64,000 bases of DNA, taken from positions 3,388-67,387 of the IMG/VR virus record IMGVR_UViG_3300032676_000934; one strand, 5' to 3'. Made by a program: the position numbers and the translations under genes. This document shows, piece by piece, positions 9,965 through 19,513 of the stretch (position 1 is its first letter; every line of letters starts with the position of its first letter). Under the pieces are notes generated by a model, which worked only from the letters and a program-made list of their open reading frames with translations, made no database searches and had not been told where the DNA came from. Origin of the DNA: a virus.

Positions 9965-11470
9965 TTAGCGGTCCAGGAGGACGCTGATGGAGATGAGGTG
10001 GACCGCGCCGGCCAGTTTGCAGCAGACCTGGAACGGCACGGACTTGCGAGCGGCGCGATCGGCCTGCGACTGGGTCGAAACGGACGGCGCGAAGATGTAG
10101 AACCCGGCCGGAAGGGGATCGAACGTACGCAGCGTGCCGACGTTCGGACCAAGCCACTGGCCTGGCGCCATGAAGCCGTTCGCAACAGCGACGGCGCATG
10201 CCCGGGTAATGACCGCCTTAATCTGCGCCATGCCCGCATCGGTCTGCGGGACCTTCGTGGCGGTGGTGTAGAGCAGGTTGTAACAGTCGGTCTGGATGCG
10301 GTTCTGCAGCCAGTCCGCGCCGATCCGCTCGTCGATGTAGTCCCCGTTCGCCATAACGGCGGGGAAGATGATCTGTGTGCCGTTCTGGACGGACACGAAC
10401 ACGTTGGTGTTCTTCGCCTTGATCTGCCCGAACTGGCTTTCGGTGATGATCTCAGCGGCGACGCCGGGCTCCTGCTTGTAGGCGCCCGTGATGGTGGTGT
10501 TGCTGCCCTCGTAATCGACGGTCGCGAACCGGCCGAACAGGCTCTCGGCCGCATAGGGATCGTTGCGCGAGAACTGCGAGAAGGCGCGGCTGAAATTGCC
10601 GGTCTTGAACAGCGAGGCCAGATCCGCGCTGGTCGTGCTGTCGAGGACGTTGGCGTTCTGGAGCGTCGCGCCGTAGATGCGGCTCTGCGACGTGCTCAGG
10701 CCCTCGATCAGAGCCGCGACGGCGAGATGGTCGCTGTCGGTCGGCGGGGTCGAGGTGGCAACCTGCAGCGAGTACCAAGCGCCGGACTGGTTCGCGAGGG
10801 TCGCGACCGCCGACACAAGGCTCTCGGCCGCGATGCCGGGCACAGGCGCCGAGGCGTCCACGCTGGTCAGGTGCAGCAGCGGGCCGAGATCGGTTCCGCT
10901 CGGGGCCGTGGTGGCATAGCCGACCGAAGAGGTTGGGCCAGTCGTCGGCGAAGCCACATCGAAGCGGTTGTAGACGCTGTCGTACTTGACGGTCGCACCG
11001 GCCACGACAGCGGCCAGCGCCGTCTGGATCAGCGAGGCGACGCCGTTCAGGTTCAGCGCGCCCGACAGGTTGATGCCGGTGATGTTGCGCGCCGTGCCAT
11101 CGATGGTGAGGCTGAGCGCGCCGGTCGTGACGCTCGTGAAGTTGGTCAGAAGCTGCTGCGTCGGCGACAGCGAGGCGCCGCGGATGTGGCCCTTGGTCGC
11201 GACCTGTGCCCAGCGACCGACGTAGAGCACGGCCGGCTGGGGCGACTGACTGAAATAGTCCTTGGCCGCTAGATACTCCGGCGCGGTGGTGCCGAAATCC
11301 TGGGTCACGCCGTCGAGCGAGGTGTAGCGCCTCAACCGCTCGTTGGTGTCGATGACTCCGGAGGTCGAGCCGAGGATCAGCCCGACGCCGAACGATCTGT
11401 ATTGGGCCGCCTTGGGCTCGATCGTGACGGAGACGTTGACGAAATCAGCGACGTTCAGGCCGGTAGCCAT
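9965..11470 (-). CDS. Tail sheath protein (DUF3383-like)
   Basis: About 500 aa; PEYLAA.DYFSQSPQP, KQEPGV, KVPQTDAG, AGAVH motifs. Confidence 0.85.
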   Translation of the reverse strand: MATGLNVADFVNVSVTIEPKAAQYRSFGVGLILGSTSGVIDTNERLRRYTSLDGVTQDFGTTAPEYLAAKDYFSQSPQPAVLYVGRWAQVATKGHIRGASLSPTQQLLTNFTSVTTGALSLTIDGTARNITGINLSGALNLNGVASLIQTALAAVVAGATVKYDSVYNRFDVASPTTGPTSSVGYATTAPSGTDLGPLLHLTSVDASAPVPGIAAESLVSAVATLANQSGAWYSLQVATSTPPTDSDHLAVAALIEGLSTSQSRIYGATLQNANVLDSTTSADLASLFKTGNFSRAFSQFSRNDPYAAESLFGRFATVDYEGSNTTITGAYKQEPGVAAEIITESQFGQIKAKNTNVFVSVQNGTQIIFPAVMANGDYIDERIGADWLQNRIQTDCYNLLYTTATKVPQTDAGMAQIKAVITRACAVAVANGFMAPGQWLGPNVGTLRTFDPLPAGFYIFAPSVSTQSQADRAARKSVPFQVCCKLAGAVHLISISVLLDR

Positions 11471-11536
11471 AAGCAAGCCGCCGCAGACCGGCGTCCCTGG
11501 TGAGTGTCGGGGTGGGATGGGCGCTTGTGCGCGGCG

Positions 11537-12151
11537 TCAGGCCGGCGGGAGCGGCGACAGGAACGGCGTGTTCTCAAGTCGCCCGGATGCGTCGGCCCGG
11601 ATGGTGCCGTCCGCTTGAAGGACATTCCGGATTTCGTACCGGCGCTCGATCGTCTGGGTCAGACGGAAGGGAAGGTCCGAGCGGCGCCTAGTCTGAGTGG
11701 CCGCGATCTCCGGCACGCGCCGGATGGTGTCGAAGCCGATGAGGTTCAGGCCGTAAGACCGCATCGCCTCGCGGTTCTGGCCGACGTAGAAGCTATCTCG
11801 CGTGAGCTTGGCGTAGGCGTCCCCCTTGGGGCCGTAGAAGCTCGCCAGCACGTCCAAGCGGTAGAAGGTGCGTAGGATCGTGTAGCCGTCGCCCTCGCCG
11901 TGGTGGATCTGGACGGGCGTATCGTCTGGCATCGTCGCCGTGACACCGACTGCGATCCATGTCTCGGTGACGTCGGGGACGCGGGGCTGTGTCTCCTGCC
12001 ATCGCGGGCGAACCATGTCGCCCGGCAGGCCCGTCACGCCCGCGATGAGCGTGCCGATGATGGTGTCGAGGTCGAGGTCATCCGGCGGAGGCGCCGAGGT
12101 GGGCCCGAGCGGGCCGCCTGTTGAACTGTCGTTAGCCGAGGAAGCCGCCAC
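11537..12151 (-). CDS. Neck/tail terminator protein
   Basis: GVTGLPGDMVRPRWQ and SFYGP motifs; upstream of sheath. Confidence 0.7.
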   Translation of the reverse strand: MAASSANDSSTGGPLGPTSAPPPDDLDLDTIIGTLIAGVTGLPGDMVRPRWQETQPRVPDVTETWIAVGVTATMPDDTPVQIHHGEGDGYTILRTFYRLDVLASFYGPKGDAYAKLTRDSFYVGQNREAMRSYGLNLIGFDTIRRVPEIAATQTRRRSDLPFRLTQTIERRYEIRNVLQADGTIRADASGRLENTPFLSPLPPA

Positions 12152-12539
12152 TGGATTGCTGCCCCGTCTGGGATGGGTTCAGGGTGGCGAGCTTGCACAC
12201 GGCCTGCGTGAACTGTTCGCCGAAGGGCCAGAGCGAGGCGTTCGTGATCTTGTAGGGGAGCCCGGCGAAGATGACGCCGTCCGCCGCGATCTCGCGCTTG
12301 CCGATGTCGATGGGGTAGCGGGTGACGATCATCAGATCGCCCTCCACCATGTCGCCTTCGCCGGTCTGCACGAGGCCGAGGCCGTTGCCGGGCCAGACGA
12401 CGCCGGTGAAGGCCTGGCCGCTTTGCAGAGCGCTGGCGATGCCGACGCTGTTTACCTCGACGATGGATTGGATCAGGACGGCCTCGGACCAGAAGTCGGG
12501 GTCGTCGATGACATCGGAGACGTTGAGGAGGGCCATCAC
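12132..12539 (-). CDS. Head closure/neck protein
   Basis: LNVSDVIDDPDF N-terminus; neck position. Confidence 0.65.
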   Translation of the reverse strand: MMALLNVSDVIDDPDFWSEAVLIQSIVEVNSVGIASALQSGQAFTGVVWPGNGLGLVQTGEGDMVEGDLMIVTRYPIDIGKREIAADGVIFAGLPYKITNASLWPFGEQFTQAVCKLATLNPSQTGQQSSGGFLG

Positions 12540-12555
12540 TTCACCGCGTGGACGG

Positions 12556-12765
12556 TCACTCTGCCAAACCGTTATCGCCCTCAGTCGAAGGCGCTTTTGG
12601 TGCCGCTGCGATCATCGCTTCATAGACAGAATATAGACCGCACCATGCTTTTGGCTCGGGCGCTGCTTCATAAGCATCCGAAGCGGCGTAGGCTGCATCA
12701 GCCATGGCCTTGGTTGCGGTCAATGGGACCAGCACCCAGCCTTTTGGAATGTTCGGCGCAGACAT
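12556..12765 (-). CDS. Small hypothetical protein
   Basis: GWVLVP..AT.AM..A...YEAMIAAAP motif, also seen in 47040..47402. Confidence 0.55.
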   Translation of the reverse strand: MSAPNIPKGWVLVPLTATKAMADAAYAASDAYEAAPEPKAWCGLYSVYEAMIAAAPKAPSTEGDNGLAE

Positions 12766-12915
12766 TCAATGGAACTCACACAGCCAGAGAATAGGCCAGC
12801 ATACAATCCAAAGAGCAGCCCAGGCAATGTGATCTTGAGGGCCGGGAAACCGGTCTGATTTCGTCAGACCGATGAAAAGCCCTGCTATCAGCCACAAAAT
12901 CAGGAGAGTGCTCAC
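12766..12915 (-). CDS. Small two-helix membrane peptide
   Basis: Own translation, 49 aa, MSTLLILWLIAGLFIG...WAALWIVCWPILWL; GTG overlaps the upstream stop. Confidence 0.45.
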   Translation of the reverse strand: MSTLLILWLIAGLFIGLTKSDRFPGPQDHIAWAALWIVCWPILWLCEFH

Positions 12916-13412
12916 GAGCCCTTCCGTGTGATCGTATACGTGACGCTGTTTCTTAGCTGGCCGGTGTCCAGCAATGGCTTCTCGCCCGTCCGCCCACGCG
13001 CCTTGCGCTCTGCCAGCGTGCGCTTTGAGAGCGGCACGAAGGGGCCTTCCGTAATCTTGTTTCGAACCGCGTTCTGAGCGATCAGACCGATGGCGTGGAA
13101 TGCCTTGTCGACCGCAGCCGCGCCGCCACCGAACAATGCTTCCTTGCCAGCCTTGCGGAGCCGTGCCCCGGCCTCAGCCGCGATGCTCTCAACACCAGGG
13201 ACGAGGAATGGCCGAGCGGGCAGGTTCTTTTCGGGATCTCCCGTTTCAAGCCGGTACGCGATTACGGCGTTAGACGGGGGTGCCGGCTCGCCCTTCTCAG
13301 GGCGCCGGTCCGAACCCTCAGCAGGAATGCCGATCAGCAGTTGGCTCTTGGTGAGAGCCAGAACGCCCTTAGCGATTAAGCCGAGATCGTTCTTGACGAC
13401 GACGACAGGCAT
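12912..13412 (-). CDS. Neck/tail-completion protein
   Basis: Likely start MPVVVVK; LPARPFL and KPLLDTGQLRNSVTY motifs. Confidence 0.75.
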   Translation of the reverse strand: MPVVVVKNDLGLIAKGVLALTKSQLLIGIPAEGSDRRPEKGEPAPPSNAVIAYRLETGDPEKNLPARPFLVPGVESIAAEAGARLRKAGKEALFGGGAAAVDKAFHAIGLIAQNAVRNKITEGPFVPLSKRTLAERKARGRTGEKPLLDTGQLRNSVTYTITRKGS

Positions 13413-13843
13413 CAGCGGCCGTAGGGATAATTCGCCATGGCCGCTAGGCTCGCGGCGCGGGCGCTCGGCCGGTAGAACCCGCCAGTCACAAGGCCGCGTA
13501 GGAGTGCCCACAGGCGCTGCCCGTAGGCTGTCCCGTTCCAGACGCCCGCGCCGGTCGAAGTGACCGCCGAGGTGTCCATGGACTTCGACACCGGCCCGAC
13601 CGACTTGGACGAGACTGGGGCGAAGGAACCTGCGCCACCCATTCCCGACGCCGACAGGATACCGAGCGTCAGATTGTGGGCGATGTAGAGCATCGTCGCC
13701 AGATCGACCTGACCCGGCGGGATGCTCTGCGGCAGCGTCACGCCCGCCTGATCCAGCCAGAACGTGACGGCCGGATCGGGATACTTCGTGGCGTCCTGAA
13801 ACTCAGGGAACACAGCACGGAAGCTGGCGAGCGTGACGGCCAT
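13412..13843 (-). CDS. Head-tail adaptor (DUF4054-like)
   Basis: FRAVFPEF, AHNL, SKSVG.VS, T.YGQ motifs. Confidence 0.8.
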   Translation of the reverse strand: MAVTLASFRAVFPEFQDATKYPDPAVTFWLDQAGVTLPQSIPPGQVDLATMLYIAHNLTLGILSASGMGGAGSFAPVSSKSVGPVSKSMDTSAVTSTGAGVWNGTAYGQRLWALLRGLVTGGFYRPSARAASLAAMANYPYGR

Positions 13844-13849
13844 GGTGAA

Positions 13850-14341
13850 TTAGCCGACCGCCTTGGTGCGGCGGCTGGTTCCAGTCGGCTCGGGCTCGCC
13901 CGGCTGGCTGGCATGGCGCGGCTCGCCCGGGTCATCGCCCGGAGGCGTGGCGTTCTCGGGCGTCATCTGCTCGCCCGTGAGGCCACCGGCAGGCGCCTCG
14001 GCGGTCGAACCGGCCTTGGCGTCCTTCTTGGCGTCTGGCTTCTTCAGCGCAGCCTCAAGGGCCGGCTCGAACCCGAACACCTCCTCCGGCGCCTGGTAGT
14101 CGTCGCCGACCTCTTCCAGGATGCCATTGGTGACGAATGTATGGTTCGGGTTGCCCTTCTTCCACGCATTGTAGGTGTCCGCGTCCACCTCGGAGACCGC
14201 GCCGTTGCCGGCGAGCGAGACGGAGCGCAGCGCGGGCGCATCGCCCGGCTTGTCGAGGTTCGGCGCCGGCTCGGTCAGGGTGAGCGCGGTGTGCGAACGG
14301 TTCAGGACGCGAATGGTCTGAGACTTCTTCGCCATGGTCAC
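13850..14341 (-). CDS. Hypothetical head-region protein
   Basis: 163 aa, downstream of the capsid gene. Confidence 0.55.
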   Translation of the reverse strand: MTMAKKSQTIRVLNRSHTALTLTEPAPNLDKPGDAPALRSVSLAGNGAVSEVDADTYNAWKKGNPNHTFVTNGILEEVGDDYQAPEEVFGFEPALEAALKKPDAKKDAKAGSTAEAPAGGLTGEQMTPENATPPGDDPGEPRHASQPGEPEPTGTSRRTKAVG

Positions 14342-14346
14342 CCTCC

Positions 14347-14787
14347 CTATTTCTCAGCGGTCTTGATCTTGCCGGCAAACTCGGCCGGCGGATTGGCGGG
14401 GTTGTACGGCTCGAAGCCACTCGGCCCGGCCTGACCGGCTTTGGCCTGCCCCTTGGCGGCGTCCTCACGCTCGTGCGCGAAGACCTGCCCCTTCACCAGC
14501 GGCTCCCAGTCCTTCATCTGGACGCGCCACTTGTCCCAGAGGTCCTTGTCGACCCCGAAGGTCAGCGCGTAGCCGCCAGCGGTCGGGATCGTGTCGCCGG
14601 CCTCGGCGCGGCGCGTGTCCCGGTTGCGGGCGGGGCCGTCGATGATGACGACCGGCCCGACGTAGCGGCTGATCTCCTCCTTGCGGGTGGGATCCTCGCG
14701 GGTCGGAGACGGCGTCGCCACCTTCTCCTGAAGCTGCATCTGGAAGCCGTGCGGCAGCGCGCACGCGACGGTCACAGTGCCGGGCAT
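14347..14787 (-). CDS. Hypothetical head-region protein
   Basis: TVTVACALPHG, GGYALT.GVDKDLWDKW, SGFEP motifs common in this phage type. Confidence 0.65.
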   Translation of the reverse strand: MPGTVTVACALPHGFQMQLQEKVATPSPTREDPTRKEEISRYVGPVVIIDGPARNRDTRRAEAGDTIPTAGGYALTFGVDKDLWDKWRVQMKDWEPLVKGQVFAHEREDAAKGQAKAGQAGPSGFEPYNPANPPAEFAGKIKTAEK

Positions 14788-14788
14788 C

Positions 14789-15832
14789 TCAGACCCCCAG
14801 CATCTGCGACATGGCGATTGGAGCCTTGACGACGACGCCGAACGTGCCCGAGGTCTTCTTCTGCGCGTAGGACGAGAGCATGCGGACGATCTGGTGATCG
14901 CGCAGCTTCTCGTTGAAGGCGCAGGTCGCGACCTGGGTGCCGTTGAAGCGATCCGCCCAGAGCTGGACGACGTTGCCCGAGGCCGTGGCGTGCCGCGGAT
15001 CCGAGACGACCTTCAGGTTCGGGAAGTTCTTCTGCAGCAGGTCCATGACGCTGATGCCGAACTGGTTGGTCGCCATCAGGGCCACGTCGCTCTGCGGCGG
15101 CATGACCAGCGTCATCGTGTCGGTCTTCTGGATCACGCCAGACGTGCGGCCGACGAGGTCGAGCACCATCGCCTGGAGATCGTTGAAGATCTCGTTAGCG
15201 GTGGCGACCACGACGCCGTTGTTGACCCACTTGGTGCCGCCCGCAGCCTTCGTGGACGGGGTGAGAGCAGCCGGCAGGCTCGGCTCGTTCAGCATGCCGT
15301 AGCAGGCCATGCCGGCGACGCCGTAGTGGTAGGTGTAGTCCTGGAACTTCGCCAGCGTGGCGGCGGCCGAGGTCTGCACCTCACCGACCCAGTTCAGGCG
15401 AGCGAGGCCAGCGCGGTCCACCTGCAGATCGCCGTACTGCACGACGGTCTGGAACAGGTAGGACGACCGGTTCACCCAGTCGAGGTTGGCGTCGGACCGG
15501 CCGTTGTTGTTCCAATCGCCGTAGGGAGCGACCTCGCCGGTGTTCTCCACGACCATGAAGGTCGCGGTCTCGGTGGTCCAGTCGCCGGTCTTGACCTCGC
15601 CCAGGATCTCCGCGCCCTTGTTCGGGGTCTGGACGATGCGGACGACCTCAGGGTCGACGTAGGCGGCGAGCCAGCCCGGGATACCCGAGTTGGCGGTCGT
15701 CACCAGCGTGGGCTGGGCGTCGAGCGCGAGGTTGAAATTGCGCTTGTACTCACTCGGCAGGAACTCAGCGTCCTGCGCGAGATGAATGCCCCAATCTGCT
15801 TCGAGAGTGGGGCGAACGGATGCGAGCTTCAT
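14789..15832 (-). CDS. Major capsid protein (DUF2184-like)
   Basis: Likely start MKLASVR; ALDAQP...NSGIP, GDWTT, YGMLNEPSLP motifs. Confidence 0.85.
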   Translation of the reverse strand: MKLASVRPTLEADWGIHLAQDAEFLPSEYKRNFNLALDAQPTLVTTANSGIPGWLAAYVDPEVVRIVQTPNKGAEILGEVKTGDWTTETATFMVVENTGEVAPYGDWNNNGRSDANLDWVNRSSYLFQTVVQYGDLQVDRAGLARLNWVGEVQTSAAATLAKFQDYTYHYGVAGMACYGMLNEPSLPAALTPSTKAAGGTKWVNNGVVVATANEIFNDLQAMVLDLVGRTSGVIQKTDTMTLVMPPQSDVALMATNQFGISVMDLLQKNFPNLKVVSDPRHATASGNVVQLWADRFNGTQVATCAFNEKLRDHQIVRMLSSYAQKKTSGTFGVVVKAPIAMSQMLGV

Positions 15833-15846
15833 TCTATTCGCCCCCT

Positions 15847-16365
15847 TTAGCCGATGGGAAGATGAGAGATTTTGACGAGTTCGCCGGCCGCGCCGGAACC
15901 GCCATCGGTCCAGCCGACGCAGTACCACTTGGTCTCGACGGAACCGGCCACGGTAGCACCGGTGGCTGCGAACGACACCGAGCCGTTCGTGGTGTTGGCG
16001 AACGCCTTCATGCCGATGGAGGCAGTGCCAGCACCCGCGTTCTTCGCGTAGTAGCAGCCGCCGGTCATCAGCGAGCCGACGCGCTGGCCGGCCTGGATCG
16101 TCATCCCGAACTCGGCCGGGAAGACGTTGATGCTAGCCTGCAGCTCACGATGGACGAAACCGGACGGAGCACCCGTCCCGGTCGAGGCCACCTTGTTCTG
16201 AGCCGCGTTCACCCAGGCGAAGCAGCCGATGGTCACGCCGCCCGTATCGGCGACGAGAATGCCGCCGGAGGTGACGAAGCTGAACGACGGATCCGCGCTG
16301 GCGAAGTCGCCGGGGACGCCGGGCGCCTGGACGACGTTGACGGAGGTCTGAAAGGTCGTGGGCAT
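15847..16365 (-). CDS. Capsid cement/decoration protein
   Basis: FQTSVN..APGVPGDFAS, GFVHRE; sits between protease and capsid genes. Confidence 0.75.
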   Translation of the reverse strand: MPTTFQTSVNVVQAPGVPGDFASADPSFSFVTSGGILVADTGGVTIGCFAWVNAAQNKVASTGTGAPSGFVHRELQASINVFPAEFGMTIQAGQRVGSLMTGGCYYAKNAGAGTASIGMKAFANTTNGSVSFAATGATVAGSVETKWYCVGWTDGGSGAAGELVKISHLPIG

Positions 16366-16379
16366 GGTTCAGGCCTCCC

Positions 16380-17804
16380 TTAAGCGCTGAGGCGGTTCAT
16401 GTGCGGGAACAGCTTCGTGGCCTCGGCCACGGAAGCCGCATCCTGCGCGACGGGGCGGGCGGAGCGCGCGGGCGCGTCGCCGGGTTTGGGCGAGCGCTCG
16501 ATCAGCACTGGCAGAGCCGAGGCATGAACGCCGTTGTGCTTGATGCCGAGGACGTCGCAGGCGGCCCGGTGATAGGCCTCCTCACTGTCCATGGCCGGCA
16601 GATCGCCGACCCACGGGCGCACGAAGCGCTCGGCGGCGCGCAGGCGAGCCTGGTGCTCATTGGCGGTCGCGAGGGCGGCCTCGGTGGCGCGCCTGATCTC
16701 GGCGTCCATGGCGGTCTTGGAGACCATGCCCTTGGTGGCTTCGCGAATGCGGGCCTGCACCATCGCGGCGTCCATGGCCTTGTCCTTCTTGTCGTCGTCC
16801 TTCTCGTCCTGGGCCTGTTCACCACCGCCCATGGCTTGGCATCCAGCGATGACCTTTTCACGGTCCTCGGGGCTGAGTTTCCGGCACATCTCAATGCAGG
16901 CTTCAGCCGCATCAGCGTCGTCGTTGACCTCCCCACCTTCTGCGCCTTCAACCGCGGCCTTCACGTCGGCTTCAGCTTCCGGCGGCAGGATCTCGGCCAG
17001 CGCCTCGATGACCTCGGCCACGTCCTCAATGTCGGCGTCCTTCGCCATACGCTTGAAGCCGAGCACGATTGCGGGGATCCGGGATTTGAAGTTCTTCGCG
17101 GTCACGCCATCGACAAGCGGGCCGAGATCGATGGGCTTGCCATCCATCGCCAGCCCAGCCTTGCGCGCGTACACAGCAAGAGCGCCCTGCAGAACAGCAG
17201 ACGCGCCCGCAGTAGCGGTCTTTGCCATGATGATTTTTCCTGTGATTGCGGAGTCGCCGACAACAACGTCAGGCCCGGCGCGGCCCTTAGGAACTAGTGC
17301 GCAATGATTGGCTTTTATTCCTCTCATTACGCCGTCGTAAGTAACGCCCTCGTAAGTTCCGGGCGTCATGTCTGGCGTATATCTATACGCACTCGACAAT
17401 TCTTTTTGGGATCCGTCCTCAATTGCGCGAATGGCTGGGCCAGACCAACAGGTTAGGTCGGCATAGAGGTATGGATGCTCAAAACGGGGATTAGAGATCG
17501 AACCAACCGTGCGGTCGTGATCGTGTTCGTCTGCGCTAACCGGATTGTGGTCAAACAGCAGAGGCTTATTATTGAAAGTCTCTGCGCCTTTGGCCAACTC
17601 GTCAGGATCGCGCAAAAGCTTGTAGCGCCGCCTCGGCTCAAGGCCGAGTTCATCGTGCCCCGGAATTTCGGAGCCTAGGTATTCGCAGACATTTGCTTTT
17701 GATATTGGCGTCCGCTTGACATGCAAATGACCGTCGTCGTCGAAAACTCGCGCCGACGCGCGATCAAAAGCGAGCCGATCTTGCGGCTTAGTTGTAAATC
17801 GCAT
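16380..17804 (-). CDS. Prohead protease/scaffold (DUF2213-like)
   Basis: ISKANV..Y.G.EIP, KELSSAY, NHCALV..GRAG motifs; AMD-repeat scaffold C-terminus. Confidence 0.85.
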   Translation of the reverse strand: MRFTTKPQDRLAFDRASARVFDDDGHLHVKRTPISKANVCEYLGSEIPGHDELGLEPRRRYKLLRDPDELAKGAETFNNKPLLFDHNPVSADEHDHDRTVGSISNPRFEHPYLYADLTCWSGPAIRAIEDGSQKELSSAYRYTPDMTPGTYEGVTYDGVMRGIKANHCALVPKGRAGPDVVVGDSAITGKIIMAKTATAGASAVLQGALAVYARKAGLAMDGKPIDLGPLVDGVTAKNFKSRIPAIVLGFKRMAKDADIEDVAEVIEALAEILPPEAEADVKAAVEGAEGGEVNDDADAAEACIEMCRKLSPEDREKVIAGCQAMGGGEQAQDEKDDDKKDKAMDAAMVQARIREATKGMVSKTAMDAEIRRATEAALATANEHQARLRAAERFVRPWVGDLPAMDSEEAYHRAACDVLGIKHNGVHASALPVLIERSPKPGDAPARSARPVAQDAASVAEATKLFPHMNRLSA

Positions 17805-17852
17805 TGTGATGCAGCCGGTTTATGCTCGGCTGCAGGAGTTAGCCGAAGCGGA

Positions 17853-18584
17853 TCACCACGCGAATTCTGCGGGCATCTTATTGCGCTTAGCCAAGTTCTC
17901 GGCCCCGGTGAGGATTTGGAGATTGGCCTCGCAGTGGAGCCCACAAGCGTTGCGCGCCTTCAGTGGGTAAATGTGATCTACGTGATGCACGATGCCGGTC
18001 TCAGCGGTCAGGCGAGCCGCCTCAACGTAGAACGCCTTGATCTTTTCTAGATTGGCCCATGGCGGCGTCGCTCGCCGCTTCCTGGCCTGTCTAGCTCTCA
18101 CATGTGCCGCGTATTCGCCACGATGCTCAATCGCATACTGACGATTGACCTCGGCGATGCGTTCGGCGTTTGCCTTCTTCCATTCACTGCGCGTCTTCGC
18201 CTGACGGTCAGCGTTCTCAGCGCGCCATCGTTTCTGGTATGCCGAGAAAGTTTCTTTGTTCTCGCGCATCCATTGGCGCTGCTTTTCAAGGTAGGCTTCG
18301 CGGTTCTTAGCCAACCATCGCGCCTTATAGAGGCGCCTGCGCTCCACCTTTTCTGCGTCAGTCAGAGGCGTTCGAGGCGGCCCGGACCTACTGCGCTTAT
18401 ACTCAGATGTGCAACTGCGGCAGACTGGGTTGAGGCCATCCGACCGGCTTTTCGATCGAGGGAAGTCCGCGAATGGCTTCGTGCTATCGCATCTGTAGCA
18501 GCGCTTAACCCCGGCGGCCCGGTTAATGGCCAACTGCGCTCGGGTGACACTCTGCCCCTTGCGCGGTACGGTCTCGTCAGCCAT
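17853..18584 (-). CDS. HNH homing endonuclease
   Basis: CxxC...CxxC; ATPPWAN; HHVDHIYPL...CGLHCEANLQIL...N..K.N. Confidence 0.85.
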   Translation of the reverse strand: MADETVPRKGQSVTRAQLAINRAAGVKRCYRCDSTKPFADFPRSKSRSDGLNPVCRSCTSEYKRSRSGPPRTPLTDAEKVERRRLYKARWLAKNREAYLEKQRQWMRENKETFSAYQKRWRAENADRQAKTRSEWKKANAERIAEVNRQYAIEHRGEYAAHVRARQARKRRATPPWANLEKIKAFYVEAARLTAETGIVHHVDHIYPLKARNACGLHCEANLQILTGAENLAKRNKMPAEFAW

Positions 18585-18673
18585 TCGGGCGCTCCTACGC
18601 TCGGCTGGTTAGGGCCGACGTAGGTGTTCCACCACCTCGTCGGTCCGCTCTACTCTAGAGCACCGACAGGCTA

Positions 18674-19513
18674 TTACAAGTCCTCAATGATCGGCTCAGG
18701 GTAGCATCGGCAGTTGAATATTGCCCCTGCGTGCGCTCTGTAGCCTGGGTCGCACTCTGGCGGCTCGCTCCACTTGATCACTTTGCCGTTTAGAGCTTTG
18801 TGCGTTACTCGGACATCATTATCGGCAGCCGTCCTCCAGATGTAGGAAGTCGATCCGATATGCTCAGCCCTCGCTTGAGTGAGGAGGGTGGACGTTCTCG
18901 AAACCTCCGTGCGGGCGATGGTATTCGCGCGCCCGAGGCTGACCTCGCCGGTCTTCATGATCTCGGCCGAGATCTGATCGGCACGCCAGCCCTTGGTGAT
19001 GCCCTCGCGGGTCATCGCGTGGACGCGCTCAGCGGCTTCGCGCGGCAGGCTGGTGATGAGCCGAACCTGCTCATCCTGCCGTGCCCGCATCACCTGTCCG
19101 ATGGGCGCCTCGGCGATTTCCTTGCGGAGCGCTGAGCCCATCTGTTCGGCGACGCGGAACCACGAGCGCTCGTCTCGGGCGGCGACCTCGGCCACCATGC
19201 GATTGCCGACCGCTTCGGCCCACGGCTTCAGCGTCTCGGCGTATCGCTCCAGAGCCCGTCCGATGGTCCCCGTCAACGACAGATTTTCGAGGTCGAAGCC
19301 CCGGACCAGATCTCCCACATGTCGGGCCACGGACCGAAGCCTGCGCCCGTACTCCCGCTCGATCTTCTTCGCCCGGATGAACGCCGAGCGAACCGACTGC
19401 CCTGCCCTGTCCTGCGCGAGAACCGGGAGGCTACTCCGCGGCCTGAGGCAACTCGGGCAATAGATCGTCGGAGCGATCCGGTAGCGGCTCGGCGCCGTCT
19501 GGCTGGTCTGCAT
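18674..19513 (-). CDS. Minor head/head morphogenesis protein (SPP1 gp7/Mu gpF-like)
   Basis: RA.TIARTE, Y.WRTA.D..VR..H, NCRC motifs; start uncertain. Confidence 0.85.
   Translation of the reverse strand: MQTSQTAPSRYRIAPTIYCPSCLRPRSSLPVLAQDRAGQSVRSAFIRAKKIEREYGRRLRSVARHVGDLVRGFDLENLSLTGTIGRALERYAETLKPWAEAVGNRMVAEVAARDERSWFRVAEQMGSALRKEIAEAPIGQVMRARQDEQVRLITSLPREAAERVHAMTREGITKGWRADQISAEIMKTGEVSLGRANTIARTEVSRTSTLLTQARAEHIGSTSYIWRTAADNDVRVTHKALNGKVIKWSEPPECDPGYRAHAGAIFNCRCYPEPIIEDL

Noticed and set aside
9761-11272. Long plus-strand ORFs opposite structural genes (also 14777, 16401, 19827, 44333-, 47416-)
   Set aside because: Antisense shadows of high-GC3 genes with no recognisable motifs.
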